From Opitutales bacterium (GTDB taxonomy: Bacteria; Verrucomicrobiota; Verrucomicrobiia; Opitutales; UBA2987): a stretch of 64,000 bases of DNA. The DNA is taken from assembly GCA_021772515.1 (NCBI GenBank), contig JAJFLU010000045.1, positions 197,684-261,683 on the forward strand, in the 5' to 3' direction. Shown in pieces: positions 9,470 through 18,551 of the stretch (position 1 is its first letter; the number at the start of each line of letters is the position of its first letter). The position numbers and the translations under genes are program-made. Under the pieces are notes generated by a model. That model was not told the origin of the DNA and ran no database searches. It saw only the letters and a list, made by a program, of their open reading frames with translations.

Positions 9470-10753
9470 TTAATCGACGATGGATTGGTAGGTCAGAACC
9501 CGGAATTTCGAGTAAACATCGAGGTGCAGGTTGGGGAAAACCTGCGACATCAGAATGCCGATAACCTCCTCCTCGGGGTCCACCCAAAAAAAGGTATGGT
9601 AATACCCAGCCCACCGGAATTCACCCACCGATCCAATCCGACCGGAATACGCTGATCCTTGATGAAGGGCAAACCCGAGTCCCCAGCGGTGGCCTTTTAG
9701 AAAATCCCAGTAGAGAGGTAGGTCGCCGATTTGGTTGGTGGTCATCAATTCGACGGTTTTACGCCCAAGGATACGCGCACCCTCCAGTTCGCCGCCATTG
9801 AGAAGCATTTGTGTGAACCTCAGGTAATCGGGGGCGCTCGATATCAAGCCGCCTCCACCTGAAAAATACGTTCCTCCTTCCACGCGATTCTCTACGGTGC
9901 TCAGTTTTACCAGGCCGCCACCACTCTCTCCCGGAGTATAGATAGTCGCCAGTCGGTTCATTTTTTCTTCCGGCAGGTAAAAATAGGTGTCTTCCATTTC
10001 AAGAGGCTGAAAAATCCGTTCTCGAACGAATTCGTCTAATTTTTTCCCCGAAACCAATTCAACGAGATATCCAAGGACATCGGTGCTCAACCCATAGGCC
10101 CAGGCCTCTCCCGGATGGTTCCTCAGCGGAAGCCTCCCAAGACGCCGCATAGCTTCCCCGACAGTGCCTTTTTGGGATTCGATCCCATCGGAAACACCGG
10201 CTTCGGCATAGAGGGTTGCAAACGGCTCTTCCTGAAAAAATCTATAGGTGATCCCCGAAGTATGGGTGAGAAGATGGCGAATCGTGATTTCATTACGGGC
10301 AGGAACCGTCTCGTAGGTAAAGGGATCGCCATCGTCGTCCTGCACGATCACTTGTGGGTTCTCGAATTCGGGAATGTATTTGGAAATCTTTTCATCCAGA
10401 AGAAAGTGGCCCTCTTCGTAGAGCATCATAACGGCCACACTGGTCACTGCCTTGGTCATGGACATAATGCGGAAAAGGGCATCTTTTGGCATGGCCTGAC
10501 CGGTCTCCAAATTAGTTTCCCCAAAGGATTCAAAATAGACCGCCCGTCCTTTGCGAGCCACCAATACTACGGCTCCCGGTAAGGTATCATCATCCACATA
10601 GCCCTGGATGAGGTCGGTCAGCTTATCAAGTCGCTCCGAGGAAAGGCCCACCTCTTCCGGCGAGGCCGTCGGCAGCCCTTGTCCCGAAAGGACAACGGAG
10701 GTGAGAAAAAAGATAAACAGCAGGAAGGAAAAGCGGATGGAGCTAAATTTCAT
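9470..10753 (-). CDS. Secreted serine hydrolase, beta-lactamase/transpeptidase-like (class C / esterase EstB-type)
   Basis: Signal peptide 'MKFSSIRFSFLLFIFFLTSVVLSG' and active-site S-x-x-K in 'FRIMSMTKAVTSVAVMML'. Size is about 427 aa. Confidence 0.85.
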   Translation of the reverse strand: MKFSSIRFSFLLFIFFLTSVVLSGQGLPTASPEEVGLSSERLDKLTDLIQGYVDDDTLPGAVVLVARKGRAVYFESFGETNLETGQAMPKDALFRIMSMTKAVTSVAVMMLYEEGHFLLDEKISKYIPEFENPQVIVQDDDGDPFTYETVPARNEITIRHLLTHTSGITYRFFQEEPFATLYAEAGVSDGIESQKGTVGEAMRRLGRLPLRNHPGEAWAYGLSTDVLGYLVELVSGKKLDEFVRERIFQPLEMEDTYFYLPEEKMNRLATIYTPGESGGGLVKLSTVENRVEGGTYFSGGGGLISSAPDYLRFTQMLLNGGELEGARILGRKTVELMTTNQIGDLPLYWDFLKGHRWGLGFALHQGSAYSGRIGSVGEFRWAGYYHTFFWVDPEEEVIGILMSQVFPNLHLDVYSKFRVLTYQSIVD

Positions 10754-10828
10754 AGACCGCTTTTAGGAGAGAATATCGGTGAATGCAAGCATACCGCCGA
10801 TCGGGCTTCAGAGCCTCCGCTTTGAATT

Positions 10829-11503
10829 TCAGGATTCAGGCTCCGAATCTTTATCCTCATCCTTGCCGTAGATTATCATCTGCTGCAAGGCCATAGCCTC
10901 CTCGCGGGTAAGATCGACTTCCCGTTCCCAACCCTTCTCGACGGCTCCTTTTAGCCCAATAATTCCGAAATGTTTGATATTGCGAAATTCGGAAACCCGT
11001 AGAATCCGAAACCGATTATTCCGCGCATCCATGTCACCGATATCGCGGCTTTCTACCATGCTCTTGAATCGGTCAATATACTTTTCGCCAATTTTCAAAG
11101 ACCGTGGAAAATTCGCACTGGCCTTGACCAGATAAATCCGGGCCGCCTCTTTCTTTTTTTTATCCCATACGACCAAATCGAGGGTACCGGCTTTTTTACC
11201 GTCTAAATCCTTGTAGTCGATGCCGCTCAAAATTTCGTATGCTGGCTCTTTGAACTCCTCTTTCAATTCGAGAAAAGCAACCGCGGCAAAAATGTTACTC
11301 AATTTACCAAAATCAAATTTCAGATCGTGAATCTGCTCGTAATACTCATCCACAAGATCCTCTCGAAATGTATCCTCTGCTTCTTCCTTGTCATATGGCG
11401 GCTGGGCAATCTCACTTTCGCTTTCAGCCTGTTGAGAATATCCAATAACCATCGGGATGGATAATGATAAAATCAAAATAAGTTTATTGAGTCGGCAAAT
11501 CAT
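10829..11503 (-). CDS. Hypothetical secreted protein (signal peptide, acidic termini), no family recognised
   Basis: N-terminus 'MICRLNKLILILSLSIPMVIGYSQQ' resembles a signal peptide. It is tightly packed between DUF1272 (9-nt gap) and the serine hydrolase (75-nt gap). Confidence 0.55.
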   Translation of the reverse strand: MICRLNKLILILSLSIPMVIGYSQQAESESEIAQPPYDKEEAEDTFREDLVDEYYEQIHDLKFDFGKLSNIFAAVAFLELKEEFKEPAYEILSGIDYKDLDGKKAGTLDLVVWDKKKKEAARIYLVKASANFPRSLKIGEKYIDRFKSMVESRDIGDMDARNNRFRILRVSEFRNIKHFGIIGLKGAVEKGWEREVDLTREEAMALQQMIIYGKDEDKDSEPES

Positions 11504-11512
11504 TCTAAAACT

Positions 11513-11701
11513 CTAATTTTCCTGGCGAGCTTCTCTTCTGGGGCGTTCCTTCAGTTCACCGCCGCAGTTGGGGCAGCGATTTTCCATTGAAGCCGCACAA
11601 TCCGGGCAAAAAGTGCATTCGTAACTGCAAATGAAGGCGTGCGACTCAAAATCCAGAGGTGAGTCACATTTTTCGCAGGCATTTTTCATTTCAAGTGTCA
11701 T
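11513..11701 (-). CDS. DUF1272 zinc-ribbon protein
   Basis: 'CEKCDSPLDFESHAFICSYECTFCPDCAASMENRCPNCGGELKERPRR' matches the DUF1272 Cys pattern (CxxC...CxxECTFCxxC...CPNCGGEL). Confidence 0.75.
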   Translation of the reverse strand: MTLEMKNACEKCDSPLDFESHAFICSYECTFCPDCAASMENRCPNCGGELKERPRREARQEN

Positions 11702-11815
11702 GATTAACCCCCCACAATCTCTTTGACGAGCTTTTCGAGCCAGATCATTTAAAATAAAGATGGGAATTTTGCCTCAACGCAAGGCAATGTGGATAACTGA
11801 ATGGAGGAATAGAGA

Positions 11816-12547
11816 ATGGGTAGGTTGCTGGTATTGGTTTATGGTTTGGTCTCTTATGTGGTTTTTTTCGTGTCGTTTCTGTATGCGATCGGGTTTATGT
11901 GGAATTTTCAGGTTCCCAAGGGAATTGATGACGGGAATGCGGAATCATTGGTAATTTCCCTGGCAGTCAACCTGGCTCTTTTGGGGTTATTCGCCATTCA
12001 ACATACAATTATGGCCCGCCCCGGTTTCAAGAAAAAGTGGACCAAAATCGTGCCCGCAGCTACCGAGAGAAGCACCTACGTTTTATTGACTAGCCTCATA
12101 TTGTTACTGCTTTACTGGCAATGGAGGCCCATGCCCGACTTGATCTGGAGCGTCGAGAACACATTGGTGGCAAATTGTTTATGGGGGTTCTCCGCCTTGG
12201 GATTTCTCCTCGTATTGCTGTCCACTTTTGCAATTAACCACTTCGATCTATTTGGACTTCGTCACGTATTTCTGCATTTTCAGAAAAAGGATTATACCGA
12301 TGTTAAGTTTACCACCTCCCTTTTTTACAAATATGTCAGGCATCCGCTTTTGCTGGGATTTCTAATTGCTTTCTGGGCAACGCCACAGATGTCTGTCGGG
12401 CACCTGCTCTTCGCCATCGGAACCACCGGATATATGTTTATGGGCATATTTTTTGAGGAACGTGACCTGTTGAATCATCTTGGCGAAGATTACCGGCAAT
12501 ACCGTGAGCAGACTCCCATGATTCTGCCGATTCCCGGAAAAAAATAA
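11816..12547 (+). CDS. Membrane methyltransferase of the isoprenylcysteine carboxyl methyltransferase (ICMT/PEMT) superfamily, MddA-like (methanethiol S-methyltransferase-like)
   Basis: About 5 TM helices. N-terminus 'FFVSFLYAIGFMWNFQVPKGID'; C-terminal SAM-binding region 'YKYVRHPLLLGFLIAFWATP...FEERDLLNHLGEDYRQYREQTPMILP'. Confidence 0.65.
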   Translation: MGRLLVLVYGLVSYVVFFVSFLYAIGFMWNFQVPKGIDDGNAESLVISLAVNLALLGLFAIQHTIMARPGFKKKWTKIVPAATERSTYVLLTSLILLLLYWQWRPMPDLIWSVENTLVANCLWGFSALGFLLVLLSTFAINHFDLFGLRHVFLHFQKKDYTDVKFTTSLFYKYVRHPLLLGFLIAFWATPQMSVGHLLFAIGTTGYMFMGIFFEERDLLNHLGEDYRQYREQTPMILPIPGKK

Positions 12548-12625
12548 AAAAAGTTCAAAATTGTACCTAATAATTGGGCGCTATCCGCGTTTAAGGTTCT
12601 AGGCAAGGATCTGAATTCTCCGAAT

Positions 12626-12665
12626 CCGATCTTTACAATCTTTCAGTCAGTTTTTAAAAGATCGG
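12626..12665 (+). promoter_or_regulatory. Perfect 9-bp inverted repeat / hairpin in the 5' leader of the PLP enzyme gene
   Basis: 'CCGATCTTT'-22 nt-'AAAGATCGG', ending 50 nt upstream of the ATG at 12715. There is no following T-run, so it is not a classic terminator. Confidence 0.3.
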
Positions 12666-12714
12666 CATTTCGCCCTTCATACTTTCAACTTTATATAAAC
12701 CCACGCTCATAACC

Positions 12715-13863
12715 ATGCGATTTTCAACCAGAGCCATACACGTCGGACAGGATGTCGAAGAAATCACCGGAGCCACCATTCCGCCCCTCTTCATCTCGTC
12801 CACCTACACGCAGGAAGCGCCCAATGTTCACAAGGGCTACGATTATTCACGGGCATTTAACCCAACCCGGGAAAACCTCGAGGCCTGCCTGGCTTCACTC
12901 GAGGGCGGGGCAGATTGCGCTGCTTTTTCCTCGGGCTTGGCTGCCACCACGGCGGTATTTCAGACACTTCGTCCGGGTGACGGTGTGGTCGCAGGGCATG
13001 ATCTTTACGGCGGCACGTTTCGTTTGCTCAACAAGCATTTTGTGCCGTGGGGCCTGGAGGTCGTTTATGCCGATGGTGAGAGTCTGGAGGATTTTGAAAA
13101 AGCCATCGGGCAGCTTTCCCGACCCAAAATGATGTGGCTGGAAACACCCACCAACCCACTCCTCGACATCAGCGACCTGGAAGGGCTGTCAAATTTGGCG
13201 AAAAAACATGATATGACGGTCGCGGTGGACAACACATTTGCCACCCCCTGCCTGCAAACCCCCATCGCCCTCGGGGCCGATATCGTGGTCCACAGCACGA
13301 CGAAATACCTGGGCGGGCATTCGGACGTGATCGGCGGGGCCGCAATCACCCGAACCGCCGAGCAGATGGAGCCGATCCGCTTTCTGCAATTCGCCGCCGG
13401 AGCTGTCCCAAGCCCATTTGATTGCTACCTCGTCCAAAGGGGCTTAAAAACTCTTGCCCTGCGAATGGAAAAGCATTGCCAGAATGCTCACATAATTGCC
13501 GAAAAATTGCTCGATTTTCCACAGATCAAAGAAGTGATCTTCCCCGGACTCGCCTCCCACCCCGGACACGAATTGGCCAAAAAGCAGATGTGCGGATTTG
13601 GCGGAATGGTATCTTTTAACATGAAGGGGGACCTTGAAAAAACAAAGAGGTTTTGCTCGGACTTGAAGGTATTTTCATTGGCCGAAAGCCTCGGCGGTGT
13701 CGAATCCCTCGCCAATCACCCCGCCCTCATGACCCACGCCAGCATCCCCAAGGAAATCCGCGAAGAAAGGGGCGTGGGAGACACCCTGGTCCGCCTAAGC
13801 GTAGGAATCGAAGACGTGGAGGACCTCCTGGAAGACATCGAACAGGCTTTGGGGAATGCCTGA
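12715..13863 (+). CDS. Cys/Met-metabolism PLP-dependent enzyme (cystathionine gamma-synthase / beta-lyase / gamma-lyase / methionine gamma-lyase family)
   Basis: 'YDYSRAFNPTRENLE', 'DNTFATP', and the PLP-lysine motif 'HSTTKYLGGHSDVIGG'. Size is 382 aa. Confidence 0.9.
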   Translation: MRFSTRAIHVGQDVEEITGATIPPLFISSTYTQEAPNVHKGYDYSRAFNPTRENLEACLASLEGGADCAAFSSGLAATTAVFQTLRPGDGVVAGHDLYGGTFRLLNKHFVPWGLEVVYADGESLEDFEKAIGQLSRPKMMWLETPTNPLLDISDLEGLSNLAKKHDMTVAVDNTFATPCLQTPIALGADIVVHSTTKYLGGHSDVIGGAAITRTAEQMEPIRFLQFAAGAVPSPFDCYLVQRGLKTLALRMEKHCQNAHIIAEKLLDFPQIKEVIFPGLASHPGHELAKKQMCGFGGMVSFNMKGDLEKTKRFCSDLKVFSLAESLGGVESLANHPALMTHASIPKEIREERGVGDTLVRLSVGIEDVEDLLEDIEQALGNA

Positions 13864-13971
13864 TAAGTAGGGGCGTCCTTTCACCTGCTAGCCGCCACGG
13901 CGACTTTCAATAATAATTATTTGGCCTGGCTTAATATAGTCCAGAGCGAATAGACATGAAGGTATTAAGGG

Positions 13972-14205
13972 TTAGAGGTCGTCATACCGATTTGTTGCAG
14001 AAACTAGAACAAGGATACCGATTCCAGTGTCAGACAGGTTCTGCTGATACCGGAGATTTTGATCAACGGTTATAAATACATCAAAATTTCCTTCGATTGC
14101 CTCAAGTAACTTCCCGTTATCCAAGCCCGAAAGTTTTAATTTTCCGACGGAATATACATCGTGCGGGATGTCCCTGGCAAGTCGTAGCGGAACACATTCG
14201 TCCAA
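13972..14205 (-). CDS. DUF5615-family PIN-like putative toxin (TTG start)
   Basis: '(I)LDECVPLRLARDI...FDVFITVDQNLRYQQNL' matches the DUF5615 pattern. It lies 8 nt downstream of the DUF433 gene. Confidence 0.65.
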   Translation of the reverse strand: MDECVPLRLARDIPHDVYSVGKLKLSGLDNGKLLEAIEGNFDVFITVDQNLRYQQNLSDTGIGILVLVSATNRYDDL

Positions 14206-14213
14206 AATGATTT

Positions 14214-14465
14214 TTACATTGCCAACTGCGTTTCCAGCAAACTTTTCTTTGCCGTTTCCAGCATTGTGATAACCTGTTCACGGGAAACAGTTGGAAAATC
14301 ATCCAAAAAAGTATCGATGGAATCACCCGCTTCCAGATAATCCATCAAAGCCTGGAAGGGAACACGAGTTCCCGCAAAAACAGGCGTTCCCCCCATGATT
14401 TCTTTTGAAGAGGTAATCAAATTACTCATAAATTTTAAGTTAAGCTGATATTGTTGCCAATTCAA
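14214..14465 (-). CDS. DUF433-family putative antitoxin
   Basis: 'IMGGTPVFAGTRVPFQALMDYLEAGDSIDTFLDDFPTVSREQVITMLE' is the DUF433 signature (GG.P...GTR.P...). Confidence 0.8.
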   Translation of the reverse strand: MNWQQYQLNLKFMSNLITSSKEIMGGTPVFAGTRVPFQALMDYLEAGDSIDTFLDDFPTVSREQVITMLETAKKSLLETQLAM

Positions 14466-14526
14466 TCAGAAAATCGATCCAGCTTTTTTTGATGACAAAA
14501 TCCCTGATGTCAGTTTAAATAAAGGT

Positions 14527-14712
14527 ATGGATAAAAGGACGTTGATCAAAGAAGCCAATACGCTCATTTCGGATCTTCCTGAAGAAACTTCATGGGACGA
14601 GTTGATGTATAAAATTTATGTTCGCCAGAAAATTGAAAATGGATTGAAGGACATCGAGGAAAATCGTATTCACTCTACCCAAGAAGTGGAAAAACACTTT
14701 GAATTAAAATAA
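14527..14712 (+). CDS. Putative type II antitoxin partner of the RelE/ParE toxin
   Basis: 61 aa; 'WDELMYKIYVRQKIENGLKDIEENRIHSTQEVEKHF'. Its stop overlaps the toxin ATG (TAATG). Confidence 0.6.
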   Translation: MDKRTLIKEANTLISDLPEETSWDELMYKIYVRQKIENGLKDIEENRIHSTQEVEKHFELK

Positions 14713-15002
14713 TGGAAGTCGTTTGGACGGCTGAGTGCTTCAAAGATCTCAGTGGCATATACGAGTATTATTCTCGGGATAATGAGTTTTATGCCAAACA
14801 AGTCGTTGCGAGAATTATTGATAAAGGAAAACAAGTGGCTGCATTCCCAAAATCGGGCCGAAAAGTGCCTGAAATTGACAATCCCAATATTCGAGAAGTT
14901 TTCCGGGGAAATTACCGAATAATTTACGTAATTACGGATCAGGACATTAGAATACTCACGGTTGTCCATGGAGCGATGGATATTCGTAGCAAGTTTTTGT
15001 GA
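14712..15002 (+). CDS. Type II toxin-antitoxin system RelE/ParE-family toxin
   Basis: 96 aa; 'AKQVVARIIDKGKQVAAFPKSGRKVPEIDNPNIREVFRGNYRIIYVITDQDIRILTVVHGAMD' is the typical ParE/RelE core. Confidence 0.8.
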   Translation: MEVVWTAECFKDLSGIYEYYSRDNEFYAKQVVARIIDKGKQVAAFPKSGRKVPEIDNPNIREVFRGNYRIIYVITDQDIRILTVVHGAMDIRSKFL

Positions 15003-15064
15003 TTGGTTTCCAACAACGTCGGTTGCTTGACTTTGTTTTGGTGGTTTAAATAGCCTCTTTTGGT

Positions 15065-16270
15065 ATGTCTGTAATTGCTATTATTGGAGCCTTGGATACC
15101 AAGGGAACAGAGTTTGAATTTTTAAAGAATCAGATTGAGGGGCGGGGCCACAAAACGCTCCTCATCGATGTGGGTATCAAAGGGGCAAGTGGCTTAATGC
15201 CAGATATTCCGGCGAGTGCGGTTGCCTCGGCTGCGGGAGAAAATTTGGGGGACTTGGCAGCAGCAAATGATCGGGGACGGGCTGTCGCCGCAATGGCCAG
15301 GGGAGTTTGCGAGATCGTCACCGGGTTATGGCGGGAGAAAAAATTCGACGGGCTTATCAGCATGGGAGGGAGCGCGGGCACCTCGGTGGGCACGGCTGCC
15401 ATGCGGGCGCTGCCATTGGGAGTTCCCAAAGTAATGGTTTCCACTGTGGCGGGCACTGATGTTTCGGACTATGTCGGCGTCAAAGATGTGGTTATGATTC
15501 CATCGATTGTCGATGTCAGCGGGATCAACCGGATATCCCGGCAGGTGATTTCTCAGGCCGCAGGATGTGTTTGCGGCATGGTGGAAACCGAAGTCCCCGA
15601 GGGCGAAGACCGCCCTCTCATCGCCGCCTCGATGTTTGGAAATACCACCGATTGCGTGCAAGCAGCCAGTAAAAATCTGGAAGCGGCAGGTTACGAAGTA
15701 CTCGTTTTTCATGCCACGGGTGTTGGGGGTAAAACCATGGAAAGCCTGATCGAAGACGGCTTTATTACGGGTGTTCTCGATCTCACAACTACAGAATGGG
15801 CGGACGAATTGGTGGAGGGTGTCTTGGCAGCGGGGCCGAAGCGAATGGAGGCGGCTGCACGTAACGGAATTCCGGCTGTGGTCGCGCCGGGGTGCCTGGA
15901 TATGGTCAATTTTTGGGCTCCCAACACGATTCCAGCCAAGTTCGAAGGCCGCCTGTTTTACGAGCATAACCCGAATATTACCTTGATGCGGACAACCCCT
16001 GAGGAATGTGCGGAATTGGGCCGTATTTTTGCCGAAAAGGTAAATCTATCGACTGGTCCGGTGACGGTTTTTCTGCCGCTGAAAGGGATTTCCGTAATTG
16101 CCATGGAGGGTCAGCCTTTCCACTGGCCCGAGGCCGATGAAGCCCTCTTTTCCGCTATAAGGGAAAACCTCCGTCCCGACATTTCCGTTCGTGAAATGGA
16201 GGTGGATATCAATCATCCTTCCTTCTCCGAGGCTGCCTGGAAGGAGCTTCTGAATTTGATCAACAAATAA
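15065..16270 (+). CDS. UPF0261 family protein (Tm-1 N-terminal-type ATP-binding domain)
   Basis: N-terminus '[35 protein letters not shown]' and '[27 protein letters not shown]'. Size is about 400 aa. Confidence 0.85.
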   Translation: MSVIAIIGALDTKGTEFEFLKNQIEGRGHKTLLIDVGIKGASGLMPDIPASAVASAAGENLGDLAAANDRGRAVAAMARGVCEIVTGLWREKKFDGLISMGGSAGTSVGTAAMRALPLGVPKVMVSTVAGTDVSDYVGVKDVVMIPSIVDVSGINRISRQVISQAAGCVCGMVETEVPEGEDRPLIAASMFGNTTDCVQAASKNLEAAGYEVLVFHATGVGGKTMESLIEDGFITGVLDLTTTEWADELVEGVLAAGPKRMEAAARNGIPAVVAPGCLDMVNFWAPNTIPAKFEGRLFYEHNPNITLMRTTPEECAELGRIFAEKVNLSTGPVTVFLPLKGISVIAMEGQPFHWPEADEALFSAIRENLRPDISVREMEVDINHPSFSEAAWKELLNLINK

Positions 16271-16289
16271 TAGTTCTGAGAGCAATAAT

Positions 16290-17135
16290 ATGAGTGCAAA
16301 TCCAGTTTCTAAATCGCGTTCGGAAATCCTTGCAAACCTCAGGGCTCAAGTGGCGGTGGGGTGCCCCATCATCGGAGCGGGCGCAGGCACCGGGCTCTCC
16401 GGCAAATGCGCGCAGGCGGGAGGAGCGGATCTCATCGTCATTTACAACTCCGGGCGTTTTCGGATGGCTGGGCACGGCTCTCTCTCCGGCTGTATGCCCT
16501 ACGGGGACGCCAATGCCATCGTCGTGGAAATGGCGGCAGAGGTTCTCCCTGTTGTGCGGAAGACTCCGGTGTTGGCGGGGGTTTGTGGCACCGATCCGTT
16601 TCGCCTTATGCCGATTTTTTTGCGCCAGATAAAGGAGATCGGGTTTTCGGGAGTGCAAAACTTTCCCACCGTGGGATTATGCGATGGAGTCTTTCGTCAA
16701 AACCTTGAGGAGACCGGAATGGGATTCGATAAGGAGGTCGAAATGATTGCTGAGGCTCATAAACTCGATTTGCTGACCACGCCTTATGTTTTTACCGTCG
16801 AGGAAGCACGGGCCATGGTTCGGGCGGGCGCCGATGTGCTGGTGGCGCACATGGGGTTGACTACCAAGGGAACCATCGGCGCCCACACGGCCAAAACCCT
16901 CGATCAATGCGCCCTGGAGATTCAGGCCATTCACGATGCCGCCAAATCCGAACGGGAGGACATCCTGGTCATCTGCCACGGAGGGCCGATCAGCGAGCCG
17001 GAGGATGCCCAATACATATTGGACCACACCGAGGGGGTGGCCGGTTTTTTCGGGGCCAGCAGCGTCGAGCGTTTGCCGACCGAACTTGCCATCACAAAAC
17101 AGGTTGAACATTTCAAATCGATGAAATGGACCTGA
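16290..17135 (+). CDS. Phosphoenolpyruvate-hydrolase-like TIM-barrel protein (Tm-1 C-terminal-type)
   Basis: '[36 protein letters not shown]...[10 protein letters not shown]'. It starts 19 nt after the UPF0261 gene; size is 281 aa. Confidence 0.8.
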   Translation: MSANPVSKSRSEILANLRAQVAVGCPIIGAGAGTGLSGKCAQAGGADLIVIYNSGRFRMAGHGSLSGCMPYGDANAIVVEMAAEVLPVVRKTPVLAGVCGTDPFRLMPIFLRQIKEIGFSGVQNFPTVGLCDGVFRQNLEETGMGFDKEVEMIAEAHKLDLLTTPYVFTVEEARAMVRAGADVLVAHMGLTTKGTIGAHTAKTLDQCALEIQAIHDAAKSEREDILVICHGGPISEPEDAQYILDHTEGVAGFFGASSVERLPTELAITKQVEHFKSMKWT

Positions 17136-18355
17136 TTGTCAAAAACGCCTTTTTACGCGATGGAACCGTCGCGGACATCGGTATTTTGGGTGATCGAATT
17201 GTCCAAATCGGTCCGAACCTGGACTCCGAAAGCGCTCAGGAAATCGATGCCTCGGGGAAATTGGCGTTACCGGCCTTTGTCAACGGGCATTTGCATGTGG
17301 CCAAGTCTTTCTGGCGGCGTGCCCTCGCCCTGCAGCCCTTGGAGGTGCAGAAATTGCCCCGCTTCGAGGCCGCTAACCATGTTAAACGCGCCTATACGGT
17401 AGAGGAGGTTTTCGAGCGGGTTGAGGATACGATAAAATTGGCCATTCTGCACGGCACCGGCGCCATACGGCTTTTTGTCGATGTCGACGAAGCGGCGGGA
17501 ACCCGTGCCCTCGAAGCCGTTCTGCTGGTGCGTCAAAAATACTCTGAAGCGATCCATATCCAGGTGGCTGCTTTTCCCCAAGACGGGGTTTTCAATGGAC
17601 GAGGCACGGAAGATTTGATGCACGAGGCGATAAAAATGGGGGCCGATCTGGTTGGCGGAATTCCCTGGATTGAGCAGTCTGAAAAGGCGAAAAAGGATCA
17701 TGTCGAAATGTGTTTCCGGCTGGCCAGCGAATATGGAACCGATGTTCACTTCGTTTGCGATGATACTGAGGATCCAAACTCCCGCACCCTGGAAACCATC
17801 GCAGCCCGAACTATTGAACTCGGCTGGACAGGTCGAGTCTGCGCCACACAATGTAACGCTCTGGCCTTTTATGACGACGCCTACGCCTCCCATGTTATCT
17901 CTATGGTTAAGGAGGCAGGGATCACGGTTTTTCATAATGCCCATGTTTCGCTGGTTACCACCAGCGTGACAGGCCAACCGGCCCCCCGGGGCTGCACGCG
18001 GATCAAAGAGCTATTGGCAGCCGGGGTTCCCGTGGCCACTGCTCAGGACGATATCGACGATTGGTACTATCCTTTTGGCCGCAACGATATGCTGGAGGTA
18101 GCCCAATATATGGCATCGGTCGCACAATTGGCTTGGCCCGAGGATGTGAATCAAGTGCTCTCGATGGTGACAGATGTCCCGGCCCGGGCCTTGGGATTGA
18201 GCGATTACGGTTTATCGGTTGGAAAAAGAGCCGACATAGTAATTCTGGAGGCAGAGAATTGGCATGAGGTATTGCAGTTTCAAGCCGCAAAGTCACACGT
18301 TATCCACGGTGGAAAACCTGTCGCCAGGACCGACGTAAGCAGGAAATTGCTGTGA
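17126..18355 (+). CDS. Amidohydrolase-superfamily enzyme, cytosine deaminase / AtzC-like subgroup
   Basis: Metal motif '[10 protein letters not shown]', '[19 protein letters not shown]' and '[18 protein letters not shown]'. The start overlaps the upstream stop by 10 nt. Confidence 0.85.
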   Translation: MDLIVKNAFLRDGTVADIGILGDRIVQIGPNLDSESAQEIDASGKLALPAFVNGHLHVAKSFWRRALALQPLEVQKLPRFEAANHVKRAYTVEEVFERVEDTIKLAILHGTGAIRLFVDVDEAAGTRALEAVLLVRQKYSEAIHIQVAAFPQDGVFNGRGTEDLMHEAIKMGADLVGGIPWIEQSEKAKKDHVEMCFRLASEYGTDVHFVCDDTEDPNSRTLETIAARTIELGWTGRVCATQCNALAFYDDAYASHVISMVKEAGITVFHNAHVSLVTTSVTGQPAPRGCTRIKELLAAGVPVATAQDDIDDWYYPFGRNDMLEVAQYMASVAQLAWPEDVNQVLSMVTDVPARALGLSDYGLSVGKRADIVILEAENWHEVLQFQAAKSHVIHGGKPVARTDVSRKLL

Positions 18356-18551
18356 GCCTGCTCCAGAAGGCCGGGCATATTAGTGTCTTCGGTTTATCTC
18401 CTATCGCAGGGATTTTTTATTTTCAGAGACGAGTTTCTCAAAAAATATTTAGGAATACGGCACCTTTAGACGATATAGATAGAACTTTCTGAAATCAAAG
18501 GGAAATTGGAAAGGCGGAAAAATACAACTCCCTGAAGACATTGGCGGATTT

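Noticed and set aside
13864-15064. TA islet as a bounded mobile element
   Set aside because: I could recognise no integrase, transposase, tRNA target, or flanking direct or inverted repeats. It is therefore reported only as a compositionally distinct islet, not as a mobile_element feature.
15326-17977. Long minus-strand ORFs 15326-15967 (213 aa), 16260-16658 (132 aa), 16677-17111 (144 aa) and 17267-17977 (236 aa)
   Set aside because: They are antisense to the UPF0261, PEP-hydrolase-like and amidohydrolase genes. They have Arg/Gly/His/Pro-rich composition with no motifs. The sense-strand genes have clear family signatures and translational coupling.
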